A stretch of 64,000 nucleotides of DNA from the NCBI GenBank assembly GCA_951406725.2, contig OX597823.1, forward strand, positions 29,512,001-29,576,000, given 5' to 3'. The DNA is from Octopus vulgaris (lineage: Eukaryota). Positions 12,701 through 26,739 of the stretch are shown piece after piece; the first letter of the stretch is position 1; each line of letters starts with the position of its first letter. The notes below the pieces were generated by a model, which was not told where the DNA came from, did not search any database, and saw nothing but the letters and a program-made list of their open reading frames with translations. Position numbers and translations under genes: made by a program.

Positions 12701-13292
12701 AATATATATATATACATACATATATACGTGTGTGTATGTATGAATGTATGTATACCAAACCGTAATGACTAGACCAACCATGGTAGTAACAAATGCAACC
12801 ACCATCACGATCACAACCACTAATTCCATTACAATAATCGCAGTAACTACCACAACCACCACCTATACCACCACAGCAACCACATCCACATCAACAAAAG
12901 TAAGAATCACAACAAGAGTGTCACCCTCATCACAGCCACCCCACCCCCCGACCGTCACTATCGTCATTACAGTCAGTCCGGAGCGTGTGTTGTGTATATA
13001 GAATCTGTACTAGTGAGGTGATTGGGTGAGAAATGGGTTAACGAAGAAGAGAGGGAAACATAGCAATGAGGGAATGGAAAAAACAATAATGTGTGTATGT
13101 GTGTGTGTGTGTTTATGCGTTTTATCTGTATGAACGCGTTGTACACACACAAACTTATATATATGTATGTATATATATATATATATATACATATTTGTAA
13201 GTGCTTGTATCCGATAGACATAGTATTTGTGTGTATGTATACGTTTGTGTGGCGTATGTAGTTGATTTATATTATTTATAAATATAAATGTG

Positions 13293-13331
<39 letters not shown>

Positions 13332-14215
13332 ATGTGTGTGTTGTTAAGTCAATTTATAAACAAAAGAATGGTTAAAGTTCTACTTTAATGTAAATGAATG
13401 AAGTGTCAAATAATCGTAGTTGAGAGGAGGAGGTGGCTGTAGGAAGAGGTGGCAGTAGGAAGAGGTGGCAGTAGGAGGCGGGAGTAGTACTAGTAAAAGT
13501 AGCAGGAGGTAGGGAGGAAAATGTCATAGTATGAGAGGGGTAGGAAACTTGACTGAAACATTATCACTTGAAATCATAAGGGTTTTTTTTTTTTATTATT
13601 CAATGGTGACGATGGCGATGGTGGTGGTGGTGGTGGTGGTGGTGGTGGTGGTGGTGGTGGTTGTTACGAAGCCAGTTGACTGCCCTCATTGAGCGCGTAT
13701 GACCAAATGCATTCTAACCGTGCCCATCCTGGTCCAACGCGTCCTTGACATGTCACGCAAGCCGCGCGCGTTGTATGCACGAACATACGCGTAGGTTTGT
13801 AGAAGTTGTGTTACGATCCGGGAAAGCAGCTCACGATACAAATGTAACGGGTTAAGACGCCAGTCCAAGGGGGGGGGGGGGGGGCTGCGCAACCTGTTCG
13901 CCACACATCTCTGACCAAGCCAGGTCTGATTTCTCTGAAGAAGAAGTGGATGTATGGTGTGGAAACTACAGAGTGACGGGCAGCCGGACCTCCTTAAATA
14001 AACTATACATATATATATATATATTTTGTCGGACTAAGGATTAAGGATTGTGCTCGTGCATGCGTCAGGCGCTGGAATTTCCACTCCAGTCAGTAAGTTC
14101 ACTGAACTCTCTAAATTGTGTGTGTGCGCGTGCGTGCGAGTACGGAATACACACACACGCTCATGCATACATATATACATACATACATGAATGCATATAT
14201 ATATATATATATATA

Positions 14216-14347
14216 CAGGGTGTCCCCAAAAATGTGTATACGCACCTTAAATAATTGTAAATTTGTTATTCTTTGTAAGCCTAGTACTTATTCTATCGTT
14301 CTCTTTTGCCGAACCACTATGTGTATACATATTTTTGGGACACCTTG
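14216..14347. mobile_element. Tc1/mariner-type MITE containing a SINE fragment
   Basis: TIRs CAGGGTGTCCCCAAAAATGTGTATAC / GTGTATACATATTTTTGGGACACCTTG with TA flanks. Confidence 0.7.
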
Positions 14348-14400
<53 letters not shown>

Positions 14401-14402
<2 letters not shown>

Positions 14403-14592
14403 CGGGAAGGTTTACGAAAATAAACAAAAGACGAAGGCTAGGTGGAGTACAAACAAACAAATGTATTAGTATAGTGCTCAGGAATAGAAATAGAAAAAGT
14501 CTTTTACGTTTCGAGCCTACGCTCTTCGACAGAAAGATACACAGAAAAAAAAAACAAGGAGAGAAAAAAATGCGTTTAGGAGCTAACGATCT
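14401..14592 (-). mobile_element. Short Penelope-like terminal module with variant hammerhead (14500-14537)
   Basis: Minus strand UCUUU-CUGUCGA-A-GAGC(GUAG)GCUC-GAAA-CG-UA-AAAGA; embedded in (TA)n. Confidence 0.65.
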
Positions 14593-14618
14593 CTCTCTAT
14601 ATATATATATAAAAATAA

Positions 14619-14647
<29 letters not shown>

Positions 14648-14649
<2 letters not shown>

Positions 14650-15027
14650 CTCTTTTACTTGTTTCAGTCATTTGACTGCGGCCATGCTGGAGCACCGCCT
14701 TTAGTCGAGCAAATCGACCCCGGGACTTATTCTTTGTAAGCCCAGTACTTATTCTATCGGTCTCTTTTGCCGAACCGCTAATTTATGGGAACGTAAACAT
14801 ACCAGCACCGGTTGTCAAGCGATGTATATCCATGAATCTATACACACACACACATATATATATACGACGGGCTTCTTTCAGTTTCCGTTTTCCAAATCCA
14901 TCCACAAGGATTTGGTCGGCCCGAGGCTATAGTACAAGACACTTGCCCAAGGTGGCATACAGTCGGACTGAACCCGAAACCTCATGGTTTGTAAGCAAGC
15001 TACTTACCACACAGCCACTCCTGCGCC
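14648..15027 (-). mobile_element. SINE family A, full length
   Basis: Near-identical to 36038-36462 and 47641-48044; CORE-like CCTTGGGCAAGT after the head. Confidence 0.9.
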
Positions 15028-15031
15028 TATA

Positions 15032-15047
<16 letters not shown>

Positions 15048-15062
<15 letters not shown>

Positions 15063-15381
15063 ATATTAGGGAATAAATCCAAAATTACAGGGAAAAAATC
15101 AGATTTAGGATTAAATCCAATTTTATAGTAAAATATATAATATTAATTCGAGACAAAACCACTATTTTGCAAATCAAACAAGGAGAGACTTAATCAATAC
15201 ATAAAAAAATTTAATATAAAGTAAATAAATCGCCACTACAATTGTTTCATGTCTTCAAATGACATTCGTCAGGTGGATTTCCGATCTTCTATTCAGTTTT
15301 AATTTACTTTATATTAAAATTTTTTATGTATTGATTAAGTCTTTCCTTGTTTGGTTTGCAAAATAGTGGTTTTGTCTCGAA

Positions 15382-15395
<14 letters not shown>
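15048..15395 (-). mobile_element. Penelope-like element end with inverted arms enclosing a hammerhead
   Basis: Inverted arms 15133-15226 and 15302-15395; hammerhead in the spacer; unpaired tail 15048-15132; both ends in (TA)n. Confidence 0.65.
15233..15276 (-). ncRNA. Minimal type I hammerhead ribozyme, canonical core
   Basis: Minus strand: CCAC-CUGACGA-AUGUC(AUUUGAA)GACAU-GAAA-CAAUUG-UA-GUGG; all core nucleotides present, helices I and II pair, helix III is the palindrome ACAAUUGU, cleavage after GUA. Confidence 0.85.
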
Positions 15396-15422
<27 letters not shown>

Positions 15423-15907
15423 TATATTTGTTTTAGCAGATTACCTTAAGCCTTTTTCGTATCGATATTACCCTTTTAATATGAGTTTATATCAAACGAA
15501 TATAAGACATCGTATGCAAAAGGGACTTTTCAACAATGGACGGCGTATGAAATGTTCGTTCTGTCTAAGGAAACGAAGCTTTGTGTGTTCCGACAAACCA
15601 CCAACGATGATTTGGCTGGTTTCGTTCAGGAAATTTTTCTCTTGCAGTTTCCCTTCGAGCGGGACAACAAAGTTCTGTCAATAGTGAACCTTTGAAAACC
15701 GTGATTTAGGAAAATCCAAAGCAAATTGCACGAGAATTAGCAAAACAGGGCAATTCAAGTCACCCTTCGATTATAAAACAATTTTAAAGAAACTTGGAAA
15801 AGTGTCTAAACTTAGTCATTGGTTGTCCTCTGTACCTCATTGAGAAACAAACTTGCGACCGAACCTATCCTGGGTCCTCTATAATTGCATCTAACGAAAA
15901 TGACAAT

Positions 15908-16304
15908 GGAGTATAATTTTTTGGCAACGTAACATGGCAGTCCTGGTTTACGACTAATGTTGTTGTAGTTTAGCCCCAGGAGACATCGTCTCCAGCTGGC
16001 TATACGACACGATCTGTGTCCTTATATTTTCGAACAAGGGAATCTAGCACCCCAACTCAGCTCAAAACAGTATCTGTGTATCGCGATTTCCGGATTATTT
16101 CCCTTCATCAGCACAGAATAATCGTTACGGCTAGAGGTGGCGCTGCCAAATTCCCGTTCGAAATATATAGTTTTCAAAGTGACAATATAAGGACACAGAT
16201 CGTGTCGTATAGCCAGCTGGAGAAGATGTCTCCTGGGGCTAAATTACAGCAACATTCGTCCTAAACCAGGAGTGCCATGATAGGTTTGCAAAAATCTTTA
16301 CTTC
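15908..16304. mobile_element. Fold-back element with long inverted arms enclosing a hammerhead
   Basis: Well-matched arms 15933-16028 and 16184-16279 with degenerate extension to 15908/16304; interrupts a mariner remnant. Confidence 0.7.
16073..16117 (-). ncRNA. Minimal type I hammerhead ribozyme motif
   Basis: Minus strand: UCUGUG-CUGAUGA-AG-GGA(AAUAA)UCC-G-GAAA-UCGCGA-UA-CACAGA; 6-bp helix I, palindromic helix III AUCGCGAU, base of helix II imperfect. Confidence 0.7.
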
Positions 16305-17024
16305 AGAGTACTGTTGCTGAATATCTCTCGTTGTGAAATTTAAAAATAGTAATTTTCGAAAACGATAATATTGCCCAAAACATTACGATACTTAAATATG
16401 GAAATTTCGTCTCATCCCTCTTACTCTCTTGACCTTACTCCGTTTGATTACCATCTTTTGAGATTGTTCCAACATTATTAAAAGGGAAGACAGATTCTGA
16501 ATTGGGTTGGGGTTAAAAAATGATATGAAGTGTTTCTTTGCATCCAGATCAATTTACCGAAGAGATTGATATCATCTTATCAATAATAACAAGGGGGAAA
16601 TATTATCTTGATTAGAATATATTAAGACCAAAGAAACATTTGTTTCTTTCCCATCTTGAAACGCTACAAGACTTTCTTTTCAACAATGAAAGAATTGATT
16701 AATGAACGTAGATAGATTACATAGTCTTGTATCTCATCTGTTCTCTTTCAACAACACACAATAGCTACGCGTGCGCGCACACACACACACACACACACAG
16801 TCGTTAACGCGTCGAACAGAAAAGCCTGGAGGTATTCAATTATTCCGACTCACTGGGCTCCGAGTTCACATCCTATCCAAGCCTTTCGTGATTACCGTTT
16901 CGCCACGCCAGTCCGCCAGGGCGGCGAATTGGTGGACGAATAACGAAGTGGACCAGGTGACTTGTGGTATTCATTCCGTCTCTTCACACACATACACATC
17001 ATATACACACATAATAGTGTGGCT

Positions 17025-17556
<532 letters not shown>

Positions 17557-18276
17557 ACATATATCCGACTTTGATATTAGTAACAAACATATGAAAGCCG
17601 TGCAAGAGAGCAAACAGCCGCATACATGCTTCTTTTGCGTCCAATACACACACATACGTACATACATACACACACACACTCACACACCAATGACAAAGCA
17701 TGTTGCCTATTAAAGCACACCTCTCCACTTCTTCGCTCAGCTGATTAAAGAGAGAGGGGAGGGGGACGAGAGAGAGCGAAAGCACATACCACAACCATTA
17801 GCAACACATGCCATCAGTGTACCCCCAGCCCATACCGCACCACGCCCCACACGCAATCCCCCGCCCGCCCGCCCGCCTCTCGTCCCCACAACCGTCGAGC
17901 CAACAGAAACGGCTGTCCTCCCCCCCTCCCCCGTCCCATATCAAGCCGCGTGGTCGACAAAAAGGAAATAACAGCCAAATCTTGCTCAGATCTTTTTAAC
18001 TCTGCCCTACCACAGTATCTTTTTATATTCTCTTACTTGCTTCATCAGTCATTTGACTGCGGGCCATGCTGCAGCACCACCGCCTTATACGGGGTTTTAG
18101 TCGGATGTACATCAATGCTTCGGTAACTTCAAAAGAAATTCCCTCGTCATAAAATCGCTTCCTCTTAGTCTCTTTCGCTCTCATTACTTCAAATGTTCCC
18201 GCAAGCCCATATGTAAAAAAATAAAAGTTTTTTACGGAAATCATCGACGGAAACGTGCTACTACAAACGAAAGATC

Positions 18277-18357
<81 letters not shown>

Positions 18358-19977
18358 GACGGGCTTCTTTCAGTTTCCGTCTACCAAATCCACTCACAAG
18401 GCTTTTGTCGACCCGAGGCTATAGCAGAAGACACTTGCCCAGTGGGCTACGCAGTGGGACTGAACCCGGAAGCTTCTTATTACACACCTTTGAACATACA
18501 TCTGCTAGATCAAGGCCAAACTGGAGCAAATAACAATATGGCAACTACGTCAGAAAATCCTTAACCTCAACAGCACCCGCCCCCCACCACCACCACCATT
18601 GTCATTACAGAAGTCACTGAAGGGAGCCTCTTAAGAGGTCATTCGATCGGTTAGAAATAACAACCAAATAAATCACACCTACAAATCACACACACTGTTA
18701 TCATTAAGGAAGAAATACGTTGGGTCAATTTAGCACCTGGATTCCGTACAGAATACCAAAAACAAAAAAAATGAGATGATCCCGAATGGAACACCTTGCT
18801 TTGATGACGGGGAATACTGAATCGGAGCCGACTTGGGTCTCCAGGTCATCAAACAAGATACGCAATCCCCCACCACATTACATATATTACATCATCCGCC
18901 GCTCACGGATCCAACACACACACACACACAGACATTACCTCTACTAATTCACCACACTATTGCTATTCATCACACACATACCCACCACCACATTTATCAT
19001 AATTACTGTACAACATACACACAACACCGCCCCTATATCCACCACCACCACCACAACCACCAGCAGCAGCAGCACTACGACTATCATTGTACACACGAAC
19101 TCCCCCCCCACCGCCACCACCACCATCATTATGCAGGGAGTCAATCAGACGGACGGACAGTCAAACAGACAGAAGCGACCACACATTAAAAGGCATGCAC
19201 AGCTGAAGTGGGTCAACATCACCATTCCATATATGGTCATAGACAAACTGTTGGACTTCAGATGGGATGGGATGGGATGGGACGGAGGGTGGTGGTGGTA
19301 GTGGAGAGAGGAGAGGAGAGGAGTGGGTGAGGTGAGGTGGCTCCACAACACAAAACTTTGAAGTGGTGGTGGAAGCGGCGGAGATAGTTGTATGGACTCA
19401 AGCAGGTATGAGACGGCAGGAGGGGGTGCTGAAGTTATGAAAGAGAGAGGTGGTGGTATGAGAAAGGGGTGAAAGTGTGAGGTGTGTTATCACACACACA
19501 CACATACACTGTGGTGGGAGAGGAGGAAAAGGGAGAGGTGGCCATGACATAGCCTGTTGTTGTTGTGGTAGTGGTGGTGGTGGTGGCAGCGGCGATCGTA
19601 GTCCTAACTTTGAGGTACAGGACGAAGTGAAGGGGAGGGGGTGCTGTAACTATCACAGTGGTTATAGTGTGTGTGTGTGCGGAGGTGGGGGTTATGTGGT
19701 TATCACACATGCTATGGTGGTGGCGACGGCGGTGGTGATAGCGATAAGGATGAAGTGTGAAAATGCAGAGGCTATCACACACACACACACATTCATTGAT
19801 AATAGTGGTGGTGGTGGTGGTGGTATCGACTGAGGGTGATGAGGTGAGGGCGGTGGAGATAGCCGTCGTTGTCGTCGTCGTTTAACCTGGTTTAATCCTT
19901 ATCGCTATGTCAGTCATATGATCTAAGGAATTCCAAATGTGACCTTTCCGACATTGTAAAGCTATGTAGGTCTACAG

Positions 19978-20176
19978 CAGTGGTTCCTAGCGGACGTAAA
20001 CAACACGCACGCCACCCGTTTTCGGCGGAACCCTAACCCTAAACAGCGGGTGTGCGTATTCTTTACCCTCGCCGTGGTTCCCAACCAGGGGTCCGCATAG
20101 GTCCGTGAACTAAATCCACACATAAGGGTAAGCTTATTAAAAGGGTCCTTGGTAGTGAAACGGATGGGAACCACTG
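19978..20176. mobile_element. hAT (Charlie-like) MITE carrying a nested 85-bp MITE
   Basis: CAGTGGTTCC...GGGAACCACTG with perfect 8-bp TSD GTCTACAG; nested element 19989-20073 duplicates GTGGTTCC. Confidence 0.8.
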
Positions 20177-20697
20177 GTCTACAGTATACCTGCAGCACAA
20201 CCCAAACGGAACTGGTGTTGGCAAGCTCCCAACCCGGGTACAAAGAGGGCACCAAGCTGATGAGGACTACAGTAAGCAGTAGAAGGAGGGATGTTTGGTT
20301 GTTGTGTCTAGCAGGTTGAGCGACCACGCTCCTGCATTGAAGGGAGTAGTTGTGTGAGAAGAAGGACGCAGTGTATTGGTATTTGTGGTGGTCATGGTGG
20401 TAGTGGCGGGTGGCGATGATGATGATGATGATGATGACAGTATTGGCAGCGGTGGTAGCGCTGTGTTGTGGTGTTGCCGGTGTAGAGATGGGGGAGGTGG
20501 CGGCGGCGACAGCGGTGACAATGGAACACACACACACACTGGTTGACAAGGAGATAACGGAAGAGACATAAGGAGGAATTGTGGGAAGAGAGATAGGGCC
20601 GGAAGTGTGCTAAGGAGTGATGGGGGCGAGATAAATCTTAGCATTGTGTCAAAGTGGCAATAAGTCGAGGTGACAGCAGCAGCAGCAGCAGTAGCAA

Positions 20698-20750
<53 letters not shown>

Positions 20751-22327
20751 ATGGAGTATTGTTATTAGTGGTATCTGGTGGTGGTTATAGTTATAAAGGG
20801 CAGTAGACTTGTAGGTAATATATATTTCTTTATTGCCCACAAGGGGCTAAACATAGAGGGGACAAACAAGGACAGACGAACGGATTAAGTCGATTACATC
20901 GACCCCAGTGCGTAACTGGTACTAAATTTATCGACCCCGAAAGGATGAAAGGCAAAGTGATAGTAGTGGTGTTTGAGGCAGTAGTGTTATTGGTGGTGAT
21001 GGTGATAGTGGTAGTGGTGGTGGTACTAGTAGTAGTAGTAGTGATGGTTATCATGATACTAAGCGTATGATTGTGTGGGAACTTCTGTTTCTGGCGTTAT
21101 CATCCCTAACCGAGCTGTCATGTATGATGTGACAGGCAAGAAGTCGGCCGAACGACCAGCTTCGAACCACTCGCCGTTACACCTGAGAACCAACACTCTT
21201 ACACACCAACGTGCAGCGGTAAATCGCCTGGGATATTAATGCGCCAGTGTGGACATGTTCGGCACGCGGTGACCCTCATTGAACAGAATGGGAAGTCTGT
21301 ATCGTAAAATAAAAAAAATAAAAAGTAAAAAGTAAGGTAGAGTTTCACAAATGTCATGTAGAGAGAATAAACTTCGATTAACTGGAATTATTCATGCTAT
21401 CGGTAACAAACTAGAAAGCCACGATACACCAAACAGCGATGATTAATTTGAACATGTATACAGTTGTATTTAACCGGTCACATTGCACATTTATACAGTT
21501 ACACGTTCGTGAACACTCGAAAGTGAACTCGATGCGAAAAAATGTCTTGGTAGAATGATAGTCTTCATAGAGAATGACTATGAAAGATGATGTCAGCGAA
21601 CTGAAGAGGATGTTTCGATATCGTTATGCTTCATCAGCTATGGACATCAAATCCGTCGTTCAACGAATAAAAGCTGGGGCTCTTCAAAATGAAAAAAAAT
21701 TCAACAATCAAGGGAAATAATCCCTATAAAATAACTAATTGAAACTTTTAGGTGAAGTCTAGGTATACACCACCTAGTAAATGCTTATTAGCAATACATA
21801 GTGTTTGCGCGCGCGCTTGTGTGTATGCATGTTTGCATACATAAATGACTGTTTAACTAAGCTGGCACATATCTTTGTGTATATGTCTGTGTATCAGTTT
21901 TTAGAATAGGTATAGAGTATTCCGCTGTATCTTGCGAGGCGAATAAACAAGTTGCTATCAGGGAGCGCATACAAATGTGACAAATTGTCTCAAAAAGCTT
22001 CGGATAACCCATGCCGGCGAAGAGAGATGGATACAAAGACGTTGATAATTATATAGATATATATATATATGTGAGTATATGTGCCTCAAGATGTGGAGGA
22101 AATATTACCATAGAAAAACAAATCAATTATTAATTCAAGGAGAGTTGCTTAAGGCGGAAGATCAGCTGTTGTTCGAGATGTAATCTCTAGGTGATCTACG
22201 ATGTTAAAGAGCGCACCACTGACGAAAAGATACGGGCATGTAAATCCTCCACACAAACTGTACACTGTCCATGTAATGTCCCACAATTCAATGTCCCCCG
22301 TGGCAAATAAAATACCATAACCACCAC

Positions 22328-22417
<90 letters not shown>

Positions 22418-22635
22418 GCCGGTGAGCTGGCAGAATCATTAGCACACCGGGCGAAATGCTAAGCGGTATTTCGTCTGTCTTTACGTTCCGAGTTCAAATT
22501 CCGCCGAGGTCAGCTTTGCTTTTCATCCTTTCGGGGTTGATAAATTAAGTACCAGTTGCGTACTGCGGTTGATCTAATCGACTGGCCCCCCCACTCCAAA
22601 AATTTCGGGCCTTGTGCCTAGAGTAGAAAAGATCA
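22418..22635 (+). mobile_element. tRNA-derived SINE family B
   Basis: A box TGGCAGAATC, B box GTTCAAATTC, central TTTCATCCTTTCGGGGTTGATAAATTAAGTACCAG, (TTA)n flanks; other copies at about 6895-7068, 8105-8275, 20829-20958, 34503-34750, 42790-43100 and 53075-53265. Confidence 0.85.
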
Positions 22636-23142
22636 TTATTATTATTAGCATCGAGAACTTCCAGAAATTAAGGCATCGGACAAAATACCTTGCAATACGC
22701 TTGGCTTCAAATACCGCCGAGATCGTTATTGACTATCATCCCTCCGAGGGTCGAAATAGCAAGAAAGTGTATAAGTATTAGTGGCTATGGTACCAACTGA
22801 TCTCCCACCACCACTACCCGCAAAATGGCTGACCTTGTGCCCCATACGAGAAGCCATTATTGTTATTATGCTAATTTCGATAAATAGGCTTGGAATTAGT
22901 TACTTTATTCTCCTTTTTCAGTCTTGAATTCTCTCGAAAAATTATTTGCAGCAGCGGATTCCAGGAGAATCATCTGTGTTATTCTTCCGAGCGGTATATC
23001 AAAAGCTTCATACTTGTTCAACAGACTTATTTATCTTGTATTTATAAGCAGAAACACGTGGCATGTATTTTGTTAAGATTAATTATGTCCATCCATCAGC
23101 CTCTCTGCCTATTTATCTATCTACCTACATACATGTCTGTCC

Positions 23143-23231
<89 letters not shown>

Positions 23232-23579
23232 CACACATGTATATACATACATGCAAGCATGCATACATACATACATACATAGATAGATACATATGTACAT
23301 AAATACAGGCAGAAAGACACACACACACACATACGTACGTACATTCCCGAGAGCGCGTGGATAGTGATAAGAGTGTTGCTCGCAAAATCGTAGGTTTGAA
23401 GCCTGGACAGGGCAGCGTGTTGTGTTCTTGACCCAAACACTTCATTTTAGGTTGTGCATACTGTGCACCTGTTCGTACAATGTTGATTTGACTGACGGAG
23501 TGAGCTAATGTGCAGCAGGTTTAATCGGCAAGATTTTACAAAATCGTTTGTCTCGGACTCGAAACTTACCACATAAAAA

Positions 23580-23962
23580 AGGAGTGGCTGCATGGTAAGT
23601 AGCTTGCTTTCCAACCACGTGGTTCTGAGTTCAGTCTCACTGCGTAGCATCTTGGTCAAGTGTCTTCTACTATAGCCTCGAGCCGACCAAATCCTTGTGA
23701 ATGGATTTGGTAGACGGAAACTGAAAGAAACCCGTCGTATATATATTTATATGTGTGTGTGTGTGTATTTCTGTGTTTGTAACCGTCACCATCGCTTGAC
23801 ATCCAATGTTTGTGTGTTTACGTCTCCGTATCTTAGCGGTTCGGCAAAAAGAGATAGATAAAATAAGTACTAGACTTACAGTCCCGGAGTCGGTTTGTTC
23901 GACTAAGGGCGGTGCTCCAGCATGGCCGCTGTCAAATGACTGAAACAAGTAAAAGAATAAAA
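23580..23962 (+). mobile_element. SINE family A, full length
   Basis: GGAGTGGCTGCATGGTAAG...GACTGAAACAAGTAAAAGAATA. Confidence 0.85.
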
Positions 23963-24335
23963 TAATTCCCTGTAGATAGGTTTGACTATTATTCTACTTT
24001 AGAGAGACCTGTTGTCTTTACTATCGCATTATATATATAGTAATAAAAATAACAATCCTTGGGTGGAATTTATAAACATTTAATGCATCACTACGCGCGT
24101 TTCCATAAATCACATGTCTCTTAAGATCATAGCCTATATTCCTGAGATGATTACACTGTAGTCCGTAGTATCCGTACGCATCGGGTTGATCACCTTTATG
24201 GATTCATTTCTTCACGCGATATAACATTAATGGATGTTTAACAGAGGGACGCTTATCCCTTTCAACCAGTGCGATGTTTGAGTTATATGTGTATTTCTAT
24301 GCGTGTCTGTGTGCGTGCGTGTGTGTGTATATATA

Positions 24336-24472
24336 GTTGTAATTTACAGAAAAACAAAAGACAAAGACAGATGTATAAACAACAAACAGGAGTAGTAGTT
24401 TAACGCTTGGGAAGGTGAGAAAGTCTTTTACGTTTCGAGCCTACGCTCTTCAATAGAAAGGAACACAAGGAA
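24336..24472 (-). mobile_element. Short Penelope-like terminal module, degenerate hammerhead (24425-24460)
   Basis: Same family as 6451 and 14401; core reads CUAUUGA-A-GAGC(GUAG)GCUC-GAAACGUA; (TA)n on both sides. Confidence 0.6.
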
Positions 24473-24709
24473 ATATATATATATCGTGTTATGCGAAGAA
24501 GCCGGGCATGGCCCCATAATTTTCGACTCGATTCAAATGTAACAAACGACTCTAAATCGTTGTTAGACTATCCGCGTAAGTGGATAGTCTAAGTCCGAGT
24601 AGTTATTATTCAGGCATCAAGTTGTATTAGTTGTAATAATGAAATCAAATCCAATAGTAATATTTTGAAATCCTTTACTGCTTTAACTGAGGAACGTAAT
24701 ACATGCATT

Positions 24710-25142
24710 GGATCTTTTCGGTTTGAACGGCAGTTTTTTTAAATAATTTCCACGTAACTATAAACACTTTTAAACTTCGTATACTGTGGTAGAATGTGTT
24801 TATAAAACATCTTTTTCTCTTGGCTTTATTGAGAAAATTCTATAGTTTGTAAGATATTTGTTGTTTGTTTTCTTCAATTTCTGCAATTTCAACCAATCAA
24901 TGACCGTCTATTGAGGTGAAAACATTCTGTGCCGTATGAAAATGTCCCTCGTTTAAGAAACAGATTGGGTTTATTTACATTTCTGAAGGAAAAAAAGATA
25001 CCCTTCCCCCACCCCTAACCCTAACTAACCCTAGCCCTAAAATAGATTGAAATGCAATAGATCGATACTAGGGTTATAATTATGGGTGACAATTTCATAT
25101 GACACCGCTAGAAAAAAACTGCCGTTCAAACCGAAAAGATCC
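24710..25142. mobile_element. MITE with GG..CC termini (Merlin-like), second copy
   Basis: Same TIR; perfect 8-bp TSD CATGCATT (24702-24709, 25143-25150); internal CCCTAA repeats. Confidence 0.85.
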
Positions 25143-25849
25143 CATGCATTTCCTATCATATATTACGCAAACCGGGAACGTACGTATTAAATAATCTCAA
25201 AATATCATTATCTGGTTTGATACACACACAGACAAGACACACATAATATGCTTTCGTTCATATATTGAGTTCTTAGCTAATAACCTTTGCACAAAGAAAA
25301 AAAAATAAAGAAAATACTGATAATATCTATATGATATGATATTTTTCTCTGTGTGTCTATATGTCTGCGTGTGTATGTGCATATCAGTGTGTGCATGCGT
25401 GAGTGTTTTTGTTAGTACTGGGGTAGTAGCGGTGTTGGCAGGTCTGGTGGTGATAGGGGCGATGGGGAGGGGGTGGAAAGTGGTGGTTTCTGAAGTGGCA
25501 GAGTTGATAACAGAGGTCGTTGTGATGGTGGTGGTGGTGGTGGTGGTGGCGGCAGCGGCGATGGTGATGGTGTTGAGGGCGGCGGCGGCGGCGGTGGTGA
25601 TTTAATACTAATAACCCGCCTACAGGAATTGTAATTTCTGCATATTGTATCTTATTTGTTTATTTTGTGGCCTTATTTGTGTATTTCTTTTGTTTGTACT
25701 TGCTTATTTTCCTTGCTGTTGTTGTTGTAGTAGTTATTGTTGTTGTTATTGAAACGTTAAAAAATGGGACGAAGTAGAGAGAAAACATGAACTAGGAACT
25801 ATTTTCACAGGAAGAAGAGCGAAGGAGGAGGTAAAGGGGGAGGAGAACG

Positions 25850-25917
<68 letters not shown>

Positions 25918-26664
25918 GAGAGAATAGAGTGGAATGTAGTAGACATGATCTGTTAGAGGTGGAAGTGGATGAAGAGGTGGTTGTGTGGCGATGGTTGCAG
26001 CGGTGTTATATTCCGGAAAGCTGTCGGATTGATAATTTTCAGTCGGAGTGGAGTGGAAGGGCAACCACGCGTACGTATGAACACACACACACTCACACAC
26101 ACACACACAGACGTATTCATGTGTACGTATATTTATACCTACATATAAATATATACACATAAATATAAATACATACATCACATATATAATATACAGAGAG
26201 AGAAATAGTGAAAGAAATTACACGCTTGTATATATTATATACGCATATCTATACGAATAAAGGAAGCTGTTGATTAATTAGTCTAGAATATATAACTTTT
26301 ACTAAAAGAAAGTAATTACTAAAGTCTACACTGTCAAGAAAATTCTTATAAACTTCAATTTTAATAGATAAGTTTCTTTTAATGAAAATGAGATTTTACG
26401 CCACTTTTATTGGTAATAGCTTCATTCCAGGTTGCTTTATATACAGACGAACATCCCATGAAAACCTTTGGACGGGACAGAGTACCCCTTTACCGTGAAG
26501 CAGTCAATAAATCGTGAAACAGTTATTCAGGAGATTCACACATGATTTTAATTTTTTTTTTTATACATCGAAAACAGAAATAGTGTCTTACATGTAAATT
26601 TCACAGCAACTACTTCGTAAAATTTATATTTAAATTTATTTCATTACTTTTGATTGACATTTTG

Positions 26665-26739
<75 letters not shown>

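Larger units (their letters stand above)
15430..16690 (+). pseudogene. Decayed mariner transposase split by the fold-back element
   Basis: Frameshifted remnants WFRSGNFSL, ENPKQIARELAKQ, LGKVSKLSHW..VPH, and at 16398 MEISSHPSYSLDLTPFDYHL (YSPDLAPSDYHL motif). Confidence 0.75.

Noticed and set aside
21598-21645. Possible minus-strand hammerhead CTGATGA...GAAAC
   Set aside because: Neither helix I nor helix II pairs convincingly.
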